Assembly: GCA_046563655.1 (NCBI GenBank)
Contig: CM102283.1
Location: 2,914,001-2,978,000, forward strand
Direction of reading: 5' to 3'
Length of the DNA stretch: 64,000 nt
Origin: Yuukianura sp. NJ FZ-2021
Lineage: Eukaryota
Made by a program: the position numbers and the translations under genes. Shown here in pieces: positions 1-13,984 of this stretch. The first letter of the stretch is position 1; each line of letters opens with the position of its first letter. The notes below the pieces were generated by a model, which made no database searches, was not told where the DNA came from, and worked only from the letters and a program-made list of their open reading frames with translations.

Positions 1-99
1 CAAATTCAATTAGAAACCAAAACAAAATGACATTTTAAAAAAAGGTGAAAGTGAAACACGCAATTTCAAACCTTCCCGCGTTTTTGATTGACACAAATC

Positions 100-300
100 A
101 ATCCAGTACTAAACTAAAAAGTTTTAGGCCAAAACGTGAAAACGTTTTTCAAACGAAGAGAAACCGTTTTTTAAAAAGGAGAGGAAAACGTTTTTAAAAC
201 GAAGAGGAAAAAGTTTTTAGAATGAATAGGAGAATTCACGCCTCAGAGGGTTAAAACGAAATAGAAAACGTTTTTAAAATGAAAAGAAAAATGTTTGGGG
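100..300. repeat. Degenerate ~22-bp minisatellite (aaaacgtttttaaaacgaagagg-like)
   Basis: The aaacgttttt..aaa(c/t)gaa(g/t)ag unit recurs several times. Confidence 0.55.
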
Positions 301-385
301 CGAAAGTTACGGAATTTGAATTCTTTTTTTTGACAAAAGTGCTTCAGTACATTATTTTCGAAATTTTGAAAAATTTTCACTAAGA

Positions 386-3300
386 ATGTTTAAATTTTTT
401 GCAGTTTTCATCTGGACAGTTCCTTGGTGTGTCTCAGGATTTCCGAGTCCTTCCGAACTTGGAATTCCGGCTGACGAAGCTCTGTCGCAAGAAGAACTGC
501 GTTACCTCCTGTCCATGGTAGGCTCCAAACCGACTTCAAAGAAACCAAAAATACGAATTTTTCATAAAACGACTGCTGCACCAGTTCAAACACAAGAATT
601 CCAATCTACACAGGAGCTACAACGCATGCGTAAGCGATCAGACAAGCCTCTGAGGAAAACCCATGCCGAACCAAAAGAAATACTTCAGCAACTCAATCTT
701 TTAAATACTCTTCTGAAATCTGAAACGGAGAATTCAAAATCTGAAACGGAAACTTCAAAATTCGAAAGAAAAACCAACGAAAAAGTTTCAGCCATTTTGA
801 AATCTGAAAAGAACACAGATGAAAAAATAGAAGAAATTTTGAAACAACTGGAGAAAGATGGAGACGGAAAAACTCCTGCTCAGATGCAAGAAAAAAGCAA
901 CGCTGCCCAGTCTCTGGCTCTGCTCGAATCGCTTTTGAGTCGAAAAGATTCTGCCGGGAGAATTCAAAATTCAAAAATTTCACCTCCAGCTCTACGTCAC
1001 ACAAGTGACAGAGAGACGGCCAAGTTTTTGGCCAATCTCCTAGCGGCACAAGCACTCTCACCCGGAGGCGGGACAAATTCAAATTTGGATTCAAAATTTC
1101 AAAATTTTGAACAATTTTCAAACATGGATGTTCCAATGGATTCTGCGGAGTCCAATCAGCTCTCTTCACTCATAACTTTGCTTGGGACAATCGGATCTCT
1201 TGGAGGCGGGAATCAGATGACAAAGTTGTTGAACTTTGGACAGCCACAAACTTCGGGCTTGTTCGGTTCAAATCGGAATGTTTTTGGCGGTCAACAACAA
1301 AATGCTTTCAATTTGTTTGGAGGTCAACCGAGTGCGTCAACTTTGCAGCCTTCTACGCAGGCCCAGCCGGGAGTTGTCCAAAGTCTGGTTGGATTGGGAT
1401 CTTCCGTGTCATCTTTAGTCGGAAACACTTTTCAAAGACTCAGCGGTTCCCGTGCTGATGGAACACCGCGTGTCAGAGGTAAACTTTTCAAAAAAGTTCA
1501 AAATTTCACTCTGAAAAAAGTTTTTCCAAAAATTTTAAGTTGGAAATTTTTAATTTCTGAAAACAGGGTTCGACACTAGACTTGGACTGGGGTACCGCCT
1601 CGGACAAACCGTCGATGCTCAGATGATGTGGGAAGTTGGACCACAAATTTTTACTGAACCGCTAGAAAACGAAAAACGTGATACCGGAATTCAGTCGGCG
1701 CCGACACAACAGCAAATTTCACCGGAACTGGAACGTCAGCTGACCGAACTGCTTAGCAGAAATCCGCAATTGCAGAAACGCAGACAACTTGCAGCAGTTG
1801 AAGCTCAAAAAATAAAGGAAGAGGAGGAACATGTGCAGCTTGGAAAATTGCTTCACGCAGAACCGTCCGAGTACGTTGCCAAAGCAGTTCCACCTCCACT
1901 GAACATGCGTATGAGATACCCTGCACGTACAGAATTTTCCACTCCGGTTGCGTCTTTTCAACCACTACCGGATTATTACATGAAACCCAAACCGGTTTTA
2001 CCGGTTCGTCCAAAATTTCGACACCTTCCACCTCCTCGTCCAATGCATCTCGTTCCCATGCCACCGCCAAGGGTGATTTCTCATGTTCCGGTTCCGGTTT
2101 CTCATGTTCCGGTTCAACAGCGACGAATAATTCAAAATTTCCCTCCGCGACAGCCATTCCCGCCAACTAATGCGAGAATGTCTCCGGACGCAGTACATCC
2201 AGTACCAATTTCAAGCAACATTGCTGCACAAGCGCAGGAGAAATCGGACACTATTGATCCCTATGAGATGCTGACAGATTATGAAAAAACGCTTCTTGCA
2301 AAAAGTCAAGGATTTGCAAAACGAAATTTGGAAGTGGATCAGACCGGACTGAGTGACGAAAACGGCCATTGGGAAATACCGTCCGAAACACTTCCGACAC
2401 CTTGTCCAGTTGGACATACCAGTAACGAGGTTTTTCAAAGTTCAAAAACTCCCGCCAAGTCAAAATTTTTTAAAATTGAAGCAAAACCCAAAGCAGGACG
2501 AAGATTAACACGAAAATCGGAGGATCTCAACATCTATGCTGATCAATTTGCCAGAAGAAACGGTTTCGTTCAGCATCCGGTTCGAAGAAGCCTGTCTCCG
2601 GTACCGCCATATTCACCGCCGATGCGGTACTACCCTATGACGCATATATCACAGTACACGTACCCAGGATACCGCTATGCTCCTGTACGACCGGTACCAC
2701 TTCGTCCATACTACTCTTTTCCACCACAGCAGTTTCGGCCAATACATCCGGTACCGTCGTACTACCGGTACCAGCGTCCACCGCCACCTCCACCAATGGT
2801 ACCCATTGAAACAACGACTATGAATCCATATCAAAATTTTATAGCAGAATCAGATGATAGTTTCAATAGACGGAATGCAATCGTTACGAAAAAGCCTGCC
2901 AAAAATTCTGGTGGCGCTATAGTCCAAGATGAGCAATTCGGACAGCCGCTAGATACCTCTAGTACCGAAAGCACTAAAAACGGTAAAGACCGAAGCGTTT
3001 CAGTTACAATTGATGGTGACGTACCGAAACCGAAAGATTTGATTGCCGGAATCTTCAGAAAAGCCGTTGACAATCCGGTACTGCGCAAACTGTTTCCGAC
3101 CACAACGGCACCACCACTGACTGATCATGTTGGAGGGGATTACTATTCCACTGAAGAGCCGATTTTGATCGCAACGCCAACTCCGACTCCCGTACCGACA
3201 CTTTTTGATCTTTTCGGACGTCCGAAACCAACTCCCGCTCCACGTCCGAATTTACCTCCAGAACATCCAAATCCAATGATCCACATTGGTGAACCATTGT

Positions 3301-3752
3301 CGTATGACGACCTAGCCAGCGCCATGGACCTAAGTACGAGACCTAAAGTAAGAACTTATAACGGTACAAAAACGAAAGTCACGGAAGGTCAAGTCCAGGA
3401 AAACGAAGTTATCAACCCTCCAGGAATGGAGATGTTCATTGACATTGACAGTGGAGAAGTGAGTGTCCGGAAACCAATTGCTTCTCTGGCTCACTTCGGT
3501 GACCTTACGACGACCCCTAAACCCAAGACTGAAGATGAACTTGAAGATGAAGAGAGTCTGCAGATTTACGAACGGCTTCAGAACCACTTCAAGGCTTCTC
3601 TGGAAGAGTTCCAGCTCCAACAGGAAATTAAGGCTGCAAAGAAACAACATATGGACAAGATTAAAAAAGCTGAAGATGAGTCGCTCGGAATGGTCACAAG
3701 GTACTTTGACCTCTTGGAAGATGAAGGCCAAGGTCAAACTACTGACAGCTGA
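386..3752 (+). CDS. Large putative secreted low-complexity protein (Q/S/G-rich, then Pro/Tyr-rich), uncharacterised; 2 exons in window
   Basis: ORFs 386-1579 and 1623-3752 join in frame through GT-AG intron 1479-1566 (..VRG|FDTRLGLGYRLGQTVDAQMMWEVGPQ..). The N-terminus resembles a signal peptide. The start is uncertain because an acceptor (ttttgcag) ends at 404, so a 5' exon may lie upstream. Confidence 0.7.
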
Positions 3753-4012
3753 TTATATAAAGACCACACGGTCAAACTGTTAGCTGAGTCTGTCAAACCA
3801 GTATCAGCTGATTGTGTTACTAAGGCCTACATGTCAAGCTAAGGCAGCTGATTCAGATTCTAAGGTCAAACTAAGTCAGCTGATTCAGATTCTAAAGCCA
3901 AACTAAATCTGCTGATTCAGATTGTATGTGTTGAATGTCAAGCTAGGGTCAGCTGATTCTGTAAAGACTAAAGAAAGGTCGAACTAGGGTCAGCTACAGC
4001 TGGTCAGCTGAT
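3730..4012. repeat. Degenerate ~30-bp tandem repeat with a CAGCTGATT core, spanning the stop codon and 3' UTR of gene 1
   Basis: Units like ggtcaaactaagtcagctgattcagattctaa recur about 8 times. Confidence 0.7.
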
Positions 4013-5483
4013 TCCGCGAGTCACGAAAATAGGCGAACCCCGTAATGTCCGTCACAAACCTTGTTTTCTGTTCATAAGTTCTTATAAATTCTTAAATTAT
4101 TTTTGCCAATTAATTTAATTAACTTAATTCCCTCTGTGTCTGAGGTCAAGGACGTTGTTTCATGGCTTTGGCTCGTTTTTATGACGTTTCTACATGACAT
4201 TTTTAATTTTAGAGCGCTATTGTCATCAATGTTTTAGTTGGTAGAAAGTGATGGCGTAAGCGCGAATATTCAAAATCGAATAAAATGACATTGTTCACAA
4301 AACGTGTAGACAAAAAACGTTTTTATGCAAAAATTGAAGTTAATTTGTCAATTTTTGTTAATTTAAACTTATTTCATTTAACATTAACATTGTTGTGGAT
4401 TACCTTATTGCTGTAAGGTTCAGGTATGGTGATGGTGTGAAATGGCATCCGACGGGGTATCATCAAATTAGAGGCAAAAAAACTTTTTCTTTTGGAAAGC
4501 AGGCAAAATTGGAATTTTCAAGAATTTGATCTCTCTTTTTTCAAAAGTTCTCGTTTGTCTTGTTCTCGTTTTTAGAAAAAAGGAACAAAACAAAGGACAT
4601 TTTGGCAGTTTATCATCACAAAGTTGGACGGGAGCAGAGGGTATTAAATTAATCGCGTTATTCCATTCCGTTATTCTGGAATTCACCATCACATATCCAA
4701 CCACTGTGTAAGGCAATTGATCTCTTCCCAGTTTATGATTCATAGTTCATCAACTTCTTTACTACAGGAAACGGTCTATAACGTAAGCCCGACGTCTCTT
4801 TGTTTGCTTTTTAATCAATTCAGTATCAATCCATCGCCAAAGTTGTGGAAATAAGGTCAATTGATACTGAAATTCTGCTACTTATGTAAAATACTTTGTC
4901 GTTTGCTGATCGTTGCTTCTGCAAGCGATATAACGGTGATTTACGTTAGTTTTATCTTATACATTGACTAATTGACTTATATTGATATTTTTGTAGTTCC
5001 CGGAAAGACAGACAACGGAGTCAGGACGGGAAGGGAGCTACTACAGTCAATCGTCAAGCTCAAGCTGCTGCTCGCTCTAATCAACCTGGACTCAGTCGTC
5101 CAGAATCTCCGGCTCCAGTTCATCTCAATCCAATATTAGTTAGTGACGGAGGTTTGGAGGCTCCGGCTGACCAGCCTTCTTCGTCACGCCCAATCTCCAC
5201 GACGTCGGCCTCCAGTGAACCAACCAGCACCAGCACTTCTGCAACGACTAGAAGTAAGTCCAGAGCAGCCAAGAAAGCAAAACTTGCAGAAAGAGAAGAA
5301 AACGACGACGACGAAGTGCCCAGTACTTCTACAGCCTCTTCACCCTCTTCGACGTCCGGTAGACGAAACAAAGGAAGGACTCTGACCAGTAGTCGACCAA
5401 TCCCGGCCGAACCCACACCGTCGACTTCAAAAAGTCCACCTCCACCAGCATCAGCTGTCATCGACGACGCTGATTCGTTGAGT

Positions 5484-7839
5484 ATGGACTCATCTGAAGA
5501 GTATGAAGACTCGGGAAATGAATCAAGCGGAGAAGATGTTGAATTTGCCATGGAGAGGGATGACCGTGGAGCTTCTGAGAGATCCTCGGAAGAAGAATTC
5601 CCCTTTACAGTCCTCAGTACTGAAGCGATTGTACAGCATATGGTGGATTCCATAAAGGAAGCAAATACTGTCCTTCAGTTACCTACAACAACAATGAGAA
5701 TACTGCTGAACCACTTTGGGTGGGACAAGGAGAAGCTGCTGGAAGCCTACTACGACGGTGACCCCTCCAAAGTCTTCAAGGCCGCTAGAGTCATTGACCC
5801 CAGAATCCCTAGGCCCCAAATTCTAAATCAAGTCAGTGGAGTCGAGGATTGTCACATTTGTTATCTCCAAAAACCTTCGTCTGTGAGTAATTCCTTGTAA
5901 TTCGAAAGCAATTACCTTTAATTATAAAGTAATTACTTGTAATTCAAAAGTAATTGTAGTTCAGGAGTAATCACTTATAATTCTACTTGTTATTCGCAAG
6001 TAATTACTTGTAATTCAAAAGTAATTGTAGTTCAGGAGTAATCACTTATAATTCTACTTGTTATTCGCAAGTAATTACTTGTAATTCAAAAGTAATTGTA
6101 GTTCAGGAGTAATCACTTATAATTCTACTTGTTATTCGCAAGTAATTACTTGTTATTCATGAATTGGTAACTTGAACTACTGTTTTTACTTTTTATTTCA
6201 GATGATGTATGGATTGGAATGTGGCCATCGATTTTGTACTCTATGTTGGTCCGAGTATCTGACAACTAAGATCATGGAAGAAGGCATGGGACAAACAATT
6301 GCTTGTGCTGCCCATGATTGTCCAATTCTCGTTGACGACGCAACAGTAATGAAGTTAGTAGGTGACCCCCGTGTTAAACTCAAATACCAGCATCTCATAA
6401 CTAACAGTTTCGTGCAGGTATGAAATCGAAACCCTAAGTAATCGATTATTCTAACTTTTTCAGCTGTTTCATTCGATTATTTTTATTTTTAGTGTAATCG
6501 ATTAATGCGATGGTGTCCATCAGCAGACTGTACGAATGCTGTTCGAGTACAGTGGGTTGACTGGAGACCAGTCACCTGTACATGTAACTTCGTTTTTTGT
6601 TTTCAATGTGGTCAAGCATGGCATGATCCTGTTAAGTGTTCCTGGCTCAAGCGATGGTTAAAGAAGTGTGACGATGACTCAGAGACATCAAATTGGATTG
6701 CTGCTAACACCAAGGTGAGTTAAAACGTTAATAATCATTTAATCATTTTAATCATTTGTGAATTAATCGATTAATTTCAATTGGTTTGGATTCTAGGAGT
6801 GCCCGAAGTGTAATGCAACAATTGAGAAGGACGGTGGATGTAATCACATGGTTTGTAAAAATCAGAATTGTAAAGCTGATTTTTGTTGGGTGTGTCTCGG
6901 TCCGTGGGAACCCCATGGCTCATCATGGTAACTTCGAAATTTTACAAAAAAAATTTTTTTTAATTTCTAAAAAAAATTGTTTTCTTTTTGTACAAGGTAT
7001 AACTGTAACCGGTTTGATGAGACGGAAGCGAAAGCTGCGCGTGATGCACAAGAACGATCTCGAGCAGCTCTTCAGCGATACTTGTTCTACTGCAATAGAT
7101 ACATGAACCACATGCAGAGTCTAAAATTTGAGGTAAGTTTCATTCTGTTCAAAAAATTTCAAAACTTCAGAAGAAAAAAACGAAAAAAAAAAACGACTTC
7201 TGTTACTTCAGTTCTGTAAACTTGCAATTTGCAAAGCATCCATGATTTTGAACTTTTTTTTTTAATTTTTCAGCACAAACTTTATGCCTCGGTCAAAGAC
7301 AAAATGGAGGAGATGCAGCAGCATAACATGTCTTGGATAGAAGTCCAGTTTTTGAAAAAGGTGACTGAAGTTAGCATATGCTAACACATTTTGAAAAATC
7401 TCACCTTAACTTTTTAAAAAAGTCGAACTAAATAACATAAAAATTGAATTTTGATGTTGCAGGCCGTTGACATTCTGTGTCAGTGTCGTCAGACGCTCAT
7501 GTACACATATGTATTTGCCTTTTACCTGGTGAAGAACAACCAGTCGGTCATTTTTGAAGACAATCAGCGTGACTTGGAGTCTGCCACTGAGAAATTGTCA
7601 GAGTACCTTGAACGAGAAATCACTTCCGAAAATTTAGCAGATATAAAACAAAAGGTAACCAAAATTTTGAACTTTCCCACTTTTTTTCGAATTCAAAAAT
7701 TTGAATTTTGATTTTCAATTTTCAGGTTCAGGATAAGTACCGATACTGTGAGAGTCGTCGTCAAGTTCTCTTAGACCATGTTTATGAAGGCTACGAAAAG
7801 GACTGGTGGGTGTACAACGAAACTGTCCATAGTCAATGA
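5484..7839 (+). CDS. ari-1: RBR E3 ubiquitin ligase Ariadne-1 (ARIH1)
   Basis: Exons 5484-5882, 6202-6417, 6493-6714, 6797-6927, 6997-7132, 7274-7360, 7463-7654, 7726-7839. Acidic [11 protein letters not shown] start, RING1 ([14 protein letters not shown]), IBR ([21 protein letters not shown]), RING2 ([20 protein letters not shown]) and Ariadne domain ([22 protein letters not shown]). Confidence 0.96.
5929..6153. repeat. 71-bp tandem repeat, ~3.2 identical copies, in an ari-1 intron
   Basis: Unit gtaattacttgtaattcaaaagtaattgtagttcaggagtaatcacttataattctacttgttattcgcaa starts at 5929, 6000, 6071 and 6142. Confidence 0.95.
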
Positions 7840-9057
7840 GACACCGTATGACCTTCATTCTGGACGCTACTAAATGGCAAGCATCGACAGTGTTGCCAGC
7901 ATCAGTACTTTCAGTGCTGCACGTAAAGCTTACCGTTTAGACATTTCCACTAAACGACCGCCTTTCGATTTAAAATTCAACAATTTCTGACTAAGGCACG
8001 CTACTTTTTACATGTTCCCACACAGTATAAAAACAAAAAGTTAAAAATGGCTGACAACCGAAATAGGCGCGCGCATTTATAAAGCATACAGAAGTAATCT
8101 CCAAAACAAAAAATTTTGAAAAAAGAATGGAAACCATTTTTTTTTTGTGTAAAAAGAATCCGTTTTCAGTTGCATTTTTATAGACATGTTTCATGGATTT
8201 TCAATACTTGAAAAAAAAAGGATCACGAGGAAACAAGGGATGAAGAAATTATCGGGACGATGAAATAATTTCGAAATAATTTTTAAAACTAACATGTACA
8301 AAATTTCAATTACTCCAAAAGTTAAAACGGCTTTTAGTTTGAAAATTCAAATTCGACGACGAACTTTTGTAGTCTGTGATTGGAAATTAAAAGTTGATCC
8401 AATTCGCAGCAAAAAAAGAAATAAAAAAGGGGGTGGGGGGTTATAGGGTGAAGTTATAATTTTGAGTGTAAATTATGAAAATTATAAAATTTGAAGTGTA
8501 AATTCCTTAATGTTAGTTAGGTTAAGCCTAACATGAACCTAACCTTAAAAAAACTAGGAAGAAACCCATGTCAAAGTGTGATCTTTTAAAAACGTTTTCA
8601 ACTGACCCTTATAATCCGTGTCTCCGTTATACTCTACGTCTGCTCTCCAGTCAAAATATAATAATTAGTTAATTGTGTAAAATATCAAATTATTACATTT
8701 AGATTAATTAAATTAGTAAGGTAGTTAAATAGTGAGTTAGTAAGTGTAGCCTGTACGTTGTACTAAGAAGCACTTCTCTAAAAACTAATTATGAACATAA
8801 AAAAAATTAATAAACCTTTTAGAACAGATTAATCTTCAACTGGTAAACCTTGATTAATCAATTAATTGGATTACGTTGAAGTCACTTTATTGAGAAGCAT
8901 CCCATTCCCATTTCAATGTGGATTTGTCATAAAAAGTGCAACTAATTAGTCCACACTTTTAAAAGTGTCGACGAAATAAACTTTTCTGGATTATTCTTCT
9001 GTTTTGTTCTAAACTTTTTGTGTTCTGAACAAAAGTGATAAGTCAATTAAAAAAAAA

Positions 9058-10140
9058 CTAAGGTTGCATCCTGAGAGCTCCGTCAAGTCGAATAACTTCT
9101 CCGTTTAGCATGGGATTTTCGTAGATGGAAACGACGAGCTGCGCATACTCGTCTGGAAGACCGAGACGCGACGGGAATGGAACTGTTGTTGCCAGAAACT
9201 TCCGAACTTTTTCGGGAAGTGCTAACAGCAGCGGTGTTTCAAACAAACCTAACAAAAACACTTGATCAATCTTAATAAAGTTTCAAAAACAGAAGAAAAA
9301 CGTTGATCAATCTGTTATTGAAATCGCTGCAGCGATGACATACCTGGAGCAATTGTCATAACGCGAATCCCTTGTGAGGCGAGATCCCTGGCCGCTGGAA
9401 GTGTCATGGCAACAATAGCTCCCTTACTGGCTCCGTAAGCGACTTGACCCATTTGACCGTCATAAGCAGCTACACTGGCCGTGTTGATGATAACTCCACG
9501 TTGGCCATCTTTGTTCGTTTGATTCTCTCCGATTAGTCCGGCCGCAAGTCTCAGGACGTTAAAAGTTCCGGAAGTGTTTACCTGAAACAGTCCATGATTA
9601 AATCAAATCGTTTAATGAAAATGGCTGATTAATCAGAATGAACTTACACTTAAAACTCTGTTGAAATCTTCCAACTTGTGAGGTAATTTCTTGTTGAAGT
9701 TGTACGTTTTGAAGGCGACACCAATCCCGGCACAGTTAACACACAGATCCAGTTTTCCAAACTTTTCTTTCGTCATGGCCAGGGTTTTGGTCACGTCAGC
9801 TTCAGATGTCACCTGAAATTAATAAAAAATTATCGCCACGGTAAACTTTACAAAACGAAGTGTAAATTTTAGGTAAGGAGTTTTACATCAGTCGGTGAAA
9901 AAGCAGTAGTGGGGCCGAGGTCAGCAGAAAGTTTAGCTCCCTCTGAAATCGGAAGGTCGCAAATCATTACGCTGGCTCCATTCCGGACTAAACGTTCTAC
10001 CGTTGCTCGGCCGAGTCCTGATGCTCCTCCAGTGACAAGTCCAACTACTCCCTAAAAAGAACCAGAATGAGTATACGATAAGAACAGGGTGATAATATTC
10101 ATGAATCAACTAACGTTTCTAATTAAATTACCTTGAGCAT
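9058..10140 (-). CDS. scu: 3-hydroxyacyl-CoA dehydrogenase type 2 / HSD17B10 (scully), SDR family; 5 exons
   Basis: Spliced protein [76 protein letters not shown] has the Rossmann TGGASGLG and YxxxK motifs. Confidence 0.95.
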
Positions 10141-11020
10141 TATTGCGAATTTAAGTTGGTGTGATAAAATACTCCCCGTCCCCGAATAAATCCTCAATCC
10201 TCAGTGTCGTCGTTTTTCGCAACGATCTGTCCCTCGTCAAGTGTTACTGTATTTGACCGGTGGAGTGGCAATGGTAAAGTTTTTGTAACTGGATATCTGT
10301 CTGTTCAAGGTCAACGGGGTCACTGGCTTCTTCTACAGCTGATAAAATACATAACACGCGAAAGTCAATTCATTTTCAGCTTCATTTTCAAATTTTGAGA
10401 AGCGGGAAAAGCATATTTATATTTTTTGTTCTTCCAATTTTAGGCCGCTAGGGGTGCGGTGCATGTTTTGAATTCCAAATCAAATTTTTGAATGAGTGTC
10501 CGTTACTTTTGCAAAACTACAAAATCTAAAATACAAAACTGCAAAATAATTTTTTTAAAAATCCTTAAAACTACGAAACATTTTTTAATTTCACTAATCA
10601 CAACTGTTTTGTATAAAATCAACAGCTATTGCTGTATTTTTAATTAATGTTTCTTTGTGGTGATAATAATAAGCCGATTTTAAACAATTTTGGTATTTTT
10701 CTCTATAAAAATAGTTTTGCAATTGTAATACGAACTGCAATAGAATGAGAATAGGAAATGAATTTGCCATTTGCCAAACCGGGGGGAAGAATTTGCTTTT
10801 TCATTTGTTGAATTTTGGATTTTTATTTTTGGTTTTTCGCTTGTTCGTGTTTTGTCATCCCCCCCAAATTCCTAAATTCATTTCCTTGCTGTTTTTTGAT
10901 GTCCTTCTCGTCTCACCTTTGACCTTGCTTATACTATCCTAGCTTCGTCTTTAATTTATAAGTGACCTTCGCAATACTTTAGTTACATTATCAACATTCC
11001 GAAAATTATTACAAATACAA

Positions 11021-13064
11021 ATGGAAATCCCCTGCAAACTGCCAGCAGGATCAGTCAAACTGAGTTCCAGTTTTCGCAAACTAGATTCTTCCCTAAGTAG
11101 CAGGTAATTCATCTGATGATGTTAAACTTACATTCATTCAACCAATTGATGTTTATTTCTGGTTGTTTAGTTTTCAGAATCTCAATGTGTCCTCCGGAAA
11201 TGGGAGCTTCAATTACTCCGCCAGTAAGACTCCAAGCAAGGGCCGTTCAAAAACACCGAACGCGAAAGGGAAGCTAGACAAGTCGGGGTCAAGGCAATGT
11301 CGGACGCCTGGCGGAGACAGATTCTTTGCAGATCGGTCCAGTTTTGAAATGTCCAACTACTTGCTCACCTCTGACAGTTTTTCATTTTCTAACACATCTG
11401 CTTCGACTGACGGGGGAAGTGAAAATACTGGAGTGATCAAACAGGGCAAACAAACCGATATCGGTAACTACTCCAGAGCTCTGAACGAAGCTGTATTAGG
11501 AGTGACTGATCTGGCCGGCACAAGAGTTCTCAGTTTTACTCAAAAATCCAAATCATCCGAAGTAAGATGTGACTGTGACACTAGAATTGAAATTCTAAAG
11601 AGCCCAACTCATGTCGTTTGCTTGTCGTTAATTTCGTTTCCTTTACCATTTTAGGTACTAAACCAAAACACGCATCGAGTTGTGTACCAAGGATCAGGAG
11701 CGGAGTCCCAAGGAAACAGATTCAGGATGCTGCCAAAGTCTCCTGATCGTGTGCTGGATGCTCCGGATATAGTGGACGACTTCTACCTCAACAACTTGGA
11801 CTGGTCCAGTACCAACGTAGTTGCAATTGCACTAAGAGATCAAGTTTATCTATGGAAAGCTCACACGGCTGAAATCGTTCGTCTTCCTTGTGACGTTCAA
11901 CCAGAGTAAGGTCGACATATTGATTAAATTAACTTGCAAGTTGAGAAACTTTACAGTTTTTGTGTCAATTTTCAGCGTATCGATGATTACCAGCATAAGA
12001 TGTGTACGAGATGGATCTCATATTTTATGTGCCACTGACGTTGGGACGATTCAAGTTTGGGATATAAATCAAACCAAAGTGATTCGAACTCTGCGTTCGA
12101 CTGACGTCAATGTACGTATCGCTGGAATGGCCATTGAAGGGCACGTCGTCGTCCAAGGAAACCGCCGCGGTGTGCTGCGTCAACATGATCTACGTGTTCC
12201 TCAACATCTCATTTCTACAGTTGAAAATGCTCATGGTCAAGAGGTAATTTCTGATTTCATAAGGCAATATCCACTAAGATAGTTTATCCTTATCGATTTA
12301 ACAGATATTCGATAAAAATTAACTGTTTATTTGATATTTTATAGATTTGTGGTGTGGAATGGTCGCCGGACGGTCGCTTCATTGCCACAGGGGGAAACGA
12401 CAACGCCGTGAATATTTGGGACGTCATGAACTTTTCGAGTAGTGCCAAATCCGTTTTCAGGTTTACGCAGCACGTCGCCGCCGTAAAAGGTTTGTATCAA
12501 TCAAGAAAAAAAGTAAAAAGTTCATGTAATTCATGAAATTCCGAAAAGTAATTGCGGTAATTCCGAAATATTTTCAGCCCTATGTTGGTCACCAAGCCAT
12601 ACCAGCCTACTAGCCTCTGGTGGTGGTACGAGCGATAGATCCATAAAAGTCTGGAACGTTTCAAGTGGCAACATGCTCAAAAGCGTAGACGCTGAAAGCC
12701 AAGTCTCCGGAATCGTCTGGAGTGAAAACTACCGAGAGCTTATCAGTGCCCATGGATTCAGCAGAAACCAATTGACAGTTTGGAAGTATCCGGACATGAC
12801 CAAGGTATTAATCGATTAATCGATTAATTCATTTAGCACACACATAACATAACTTTTAACTCACAAATGTTATAGGTCGGTGACATCCTGGGTCACCAAC
12901 TGCGTATACTGAAGATGGTAATGTCACCGGACCAGACGACTGTTGCCACCGTGTCAGGGGACGAAACTTTGCGCTTTTGGCGCGTTTTCCCGCCAACGAA
13001 GACTCACAAGAACAAAGCCAAACTGAAAGGACAAAGTGTGCTCAACCTTCAATCGCTACGCTGA
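11021..13064 (+). CDS. Cdc20/Fizzy-family WD40 APC/C co-activator (divergent)
   Basis: Motifs: [87 protein letters not shown]-box-like DRFFADR and C-terminal LR tail. 7 exons. Confidence 0.9.
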
Positions 13065-13984
13065 ACTTTCTCTTCAAATATCATCGTAGGATAATCAGTG
13101 AATCTTATTCACTCCCATCCCCCATTCCACATAAAAGTACTTACTATAAATTTTGATCAAAGTGAAAATTTTTCTAATTTTGTACTAAAAACGCAATCCT
13201 AACCTTAACATGACCTTATTTCAAAATTCAAGCCGTTTAGCCGCCAATATTTAAAAACCAAAATGCATGATCAACATTTTAGAAGCGTATTATGAACAGA
13301 TCTATGAACAACGTATTATGAACAACTCAATTTATGTAGAAATTACTATGATTTTGTATTTTTCCGACTAAACTCCACGTTTCTTGCTTTTGAAGCAGCG
13401 TAAGCTCAAAGTGTCACAAATCTCAATTTCAGAGTGTTCGATTTTCAATCTCACTCGTTCAATGTGTTCAAATATGAATTTTTGACTTTTTCTAAATAAA
13501 ACAACTTATTAAACTAATTGATTCTTACTTTGCTACTGCACAAACTGAGCTAGAAATCGTAGTAGATGTGGAATTTTTCTTATAAATTAAATACTAATGT
13601 AAAGGTCATTTGATGTTTGCTGGTTTAGATGACCCAATCTTCCTCGTACATCCATTTCGTCTTCATCCCCGTTTTCTCCAGTTATAGCGGTTCTGCAAAA
13701 CAATGAAAATAGAAATTAGTTCCAAACATGGTAGTAAATTAACTAAAGTTACGTCTTTATAGATAACAAACTTAACAAAAGTGGGTGGAGCTTAATTGTT
13801 GCAGCGGAGACATTGGCCAGACTTATTAAGTCTGCCCAGCGCACGGGACGTGGACCCTTCTCCGCGTTGGTGCGCCTGCTGACTTTAGTCAGCTAGTGGT
13901 AAAAAAAACTTGAAGTCAAATGTACACACGTCAAATCAAAAATGGAAAAAAGTCATGACGGTGACGTCCATTTCAATCAATCGG

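Noticed and set aside
1719-3783. Many antisense or overlapping short ORFs here and over other genes
   Set aside because: Shadows of the real coding exons with no independent motifs
5929-6153. Regular repeat array as possible CRISPR
   Set aside because: Head-to-tail identical 71-mers with no unique spacers, inside a eukaryotic intron, and no cas genes
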